Shown: positions 62,179 through 64,000 of the stretch, piece by piece
Layout: each line of letters opens with the position of its first letter
How positions within the stretch are numbered: position 1 is the stretch's first letter
Sequence record: PZ019085.1
Source of the DNA: a phage
DNA length: 64,000 nt
Strand: one strand, 5' to 3'
The notes under the pieces: generated by a model
What the model was told of the DNA's origin: nothing
Seen by the model: only the letters and a program-made list of their open reading frames with translations
Database searches by the model: none
Program-made: the position numbers and the translations under genes

Positions 62179-64000
<1,822 letters not shown>

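Overview
This window is a contiguous segment of a T4-like (T-even, Tevenvirinae) myovirus genome, collinear with the phage T4 map as I recall it: motA (3' end) - arn/asiA region - holin t - long tail fibre genes 38/37/36/35/34 (minus strand) - early replication and nucleotide-metabolism cluster rnh, dsbA, 33, 59, 32, frd, td, nrdA, nrdB, denA, rnlA, alc, spanins, pseT, cd, 31, rIII, 30, alt (plus strand) - baseplate genes 54/48/29/28/27/51 and 26/25 - uvsY, uvsW - inh, hoc, rnlB - head and tail genes 24/23/22/21/68/67/20/19/18 and terminase gene 17 (5' end cut by the window edge). All identifications rest on reading the supplied translations against remembered T4 proteins and on synteny; no database search was run. 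Genes are tightly packed with frequent ATGA/TAATG stop-start overlaps. Regulatory punctuation is T4-typical: early promoters (GTTTAC, ~18 bp, TACTAT/TATAAT), late promoters (TATAAATA) and GC-stem hairpins with UUCG loops. No tRNA, rRNA, CRISPR array, integrase or transposon was seen, and td and nrdB are uninterrupted. The clearest non-T4 content is an intact-looking class I-alpha DAHP synthase gene (27864-28856) between pseT and cd. Other points worth a second look are a ~370 bp GC-richer stretch without a convincing ORF after rIII, perfect tandem duplications in the gp37 receptor-binding region, a small early gene set antisense between capsid genes 24 and 23, and several clusters of small promoter-bounded ORFs of unknown function.
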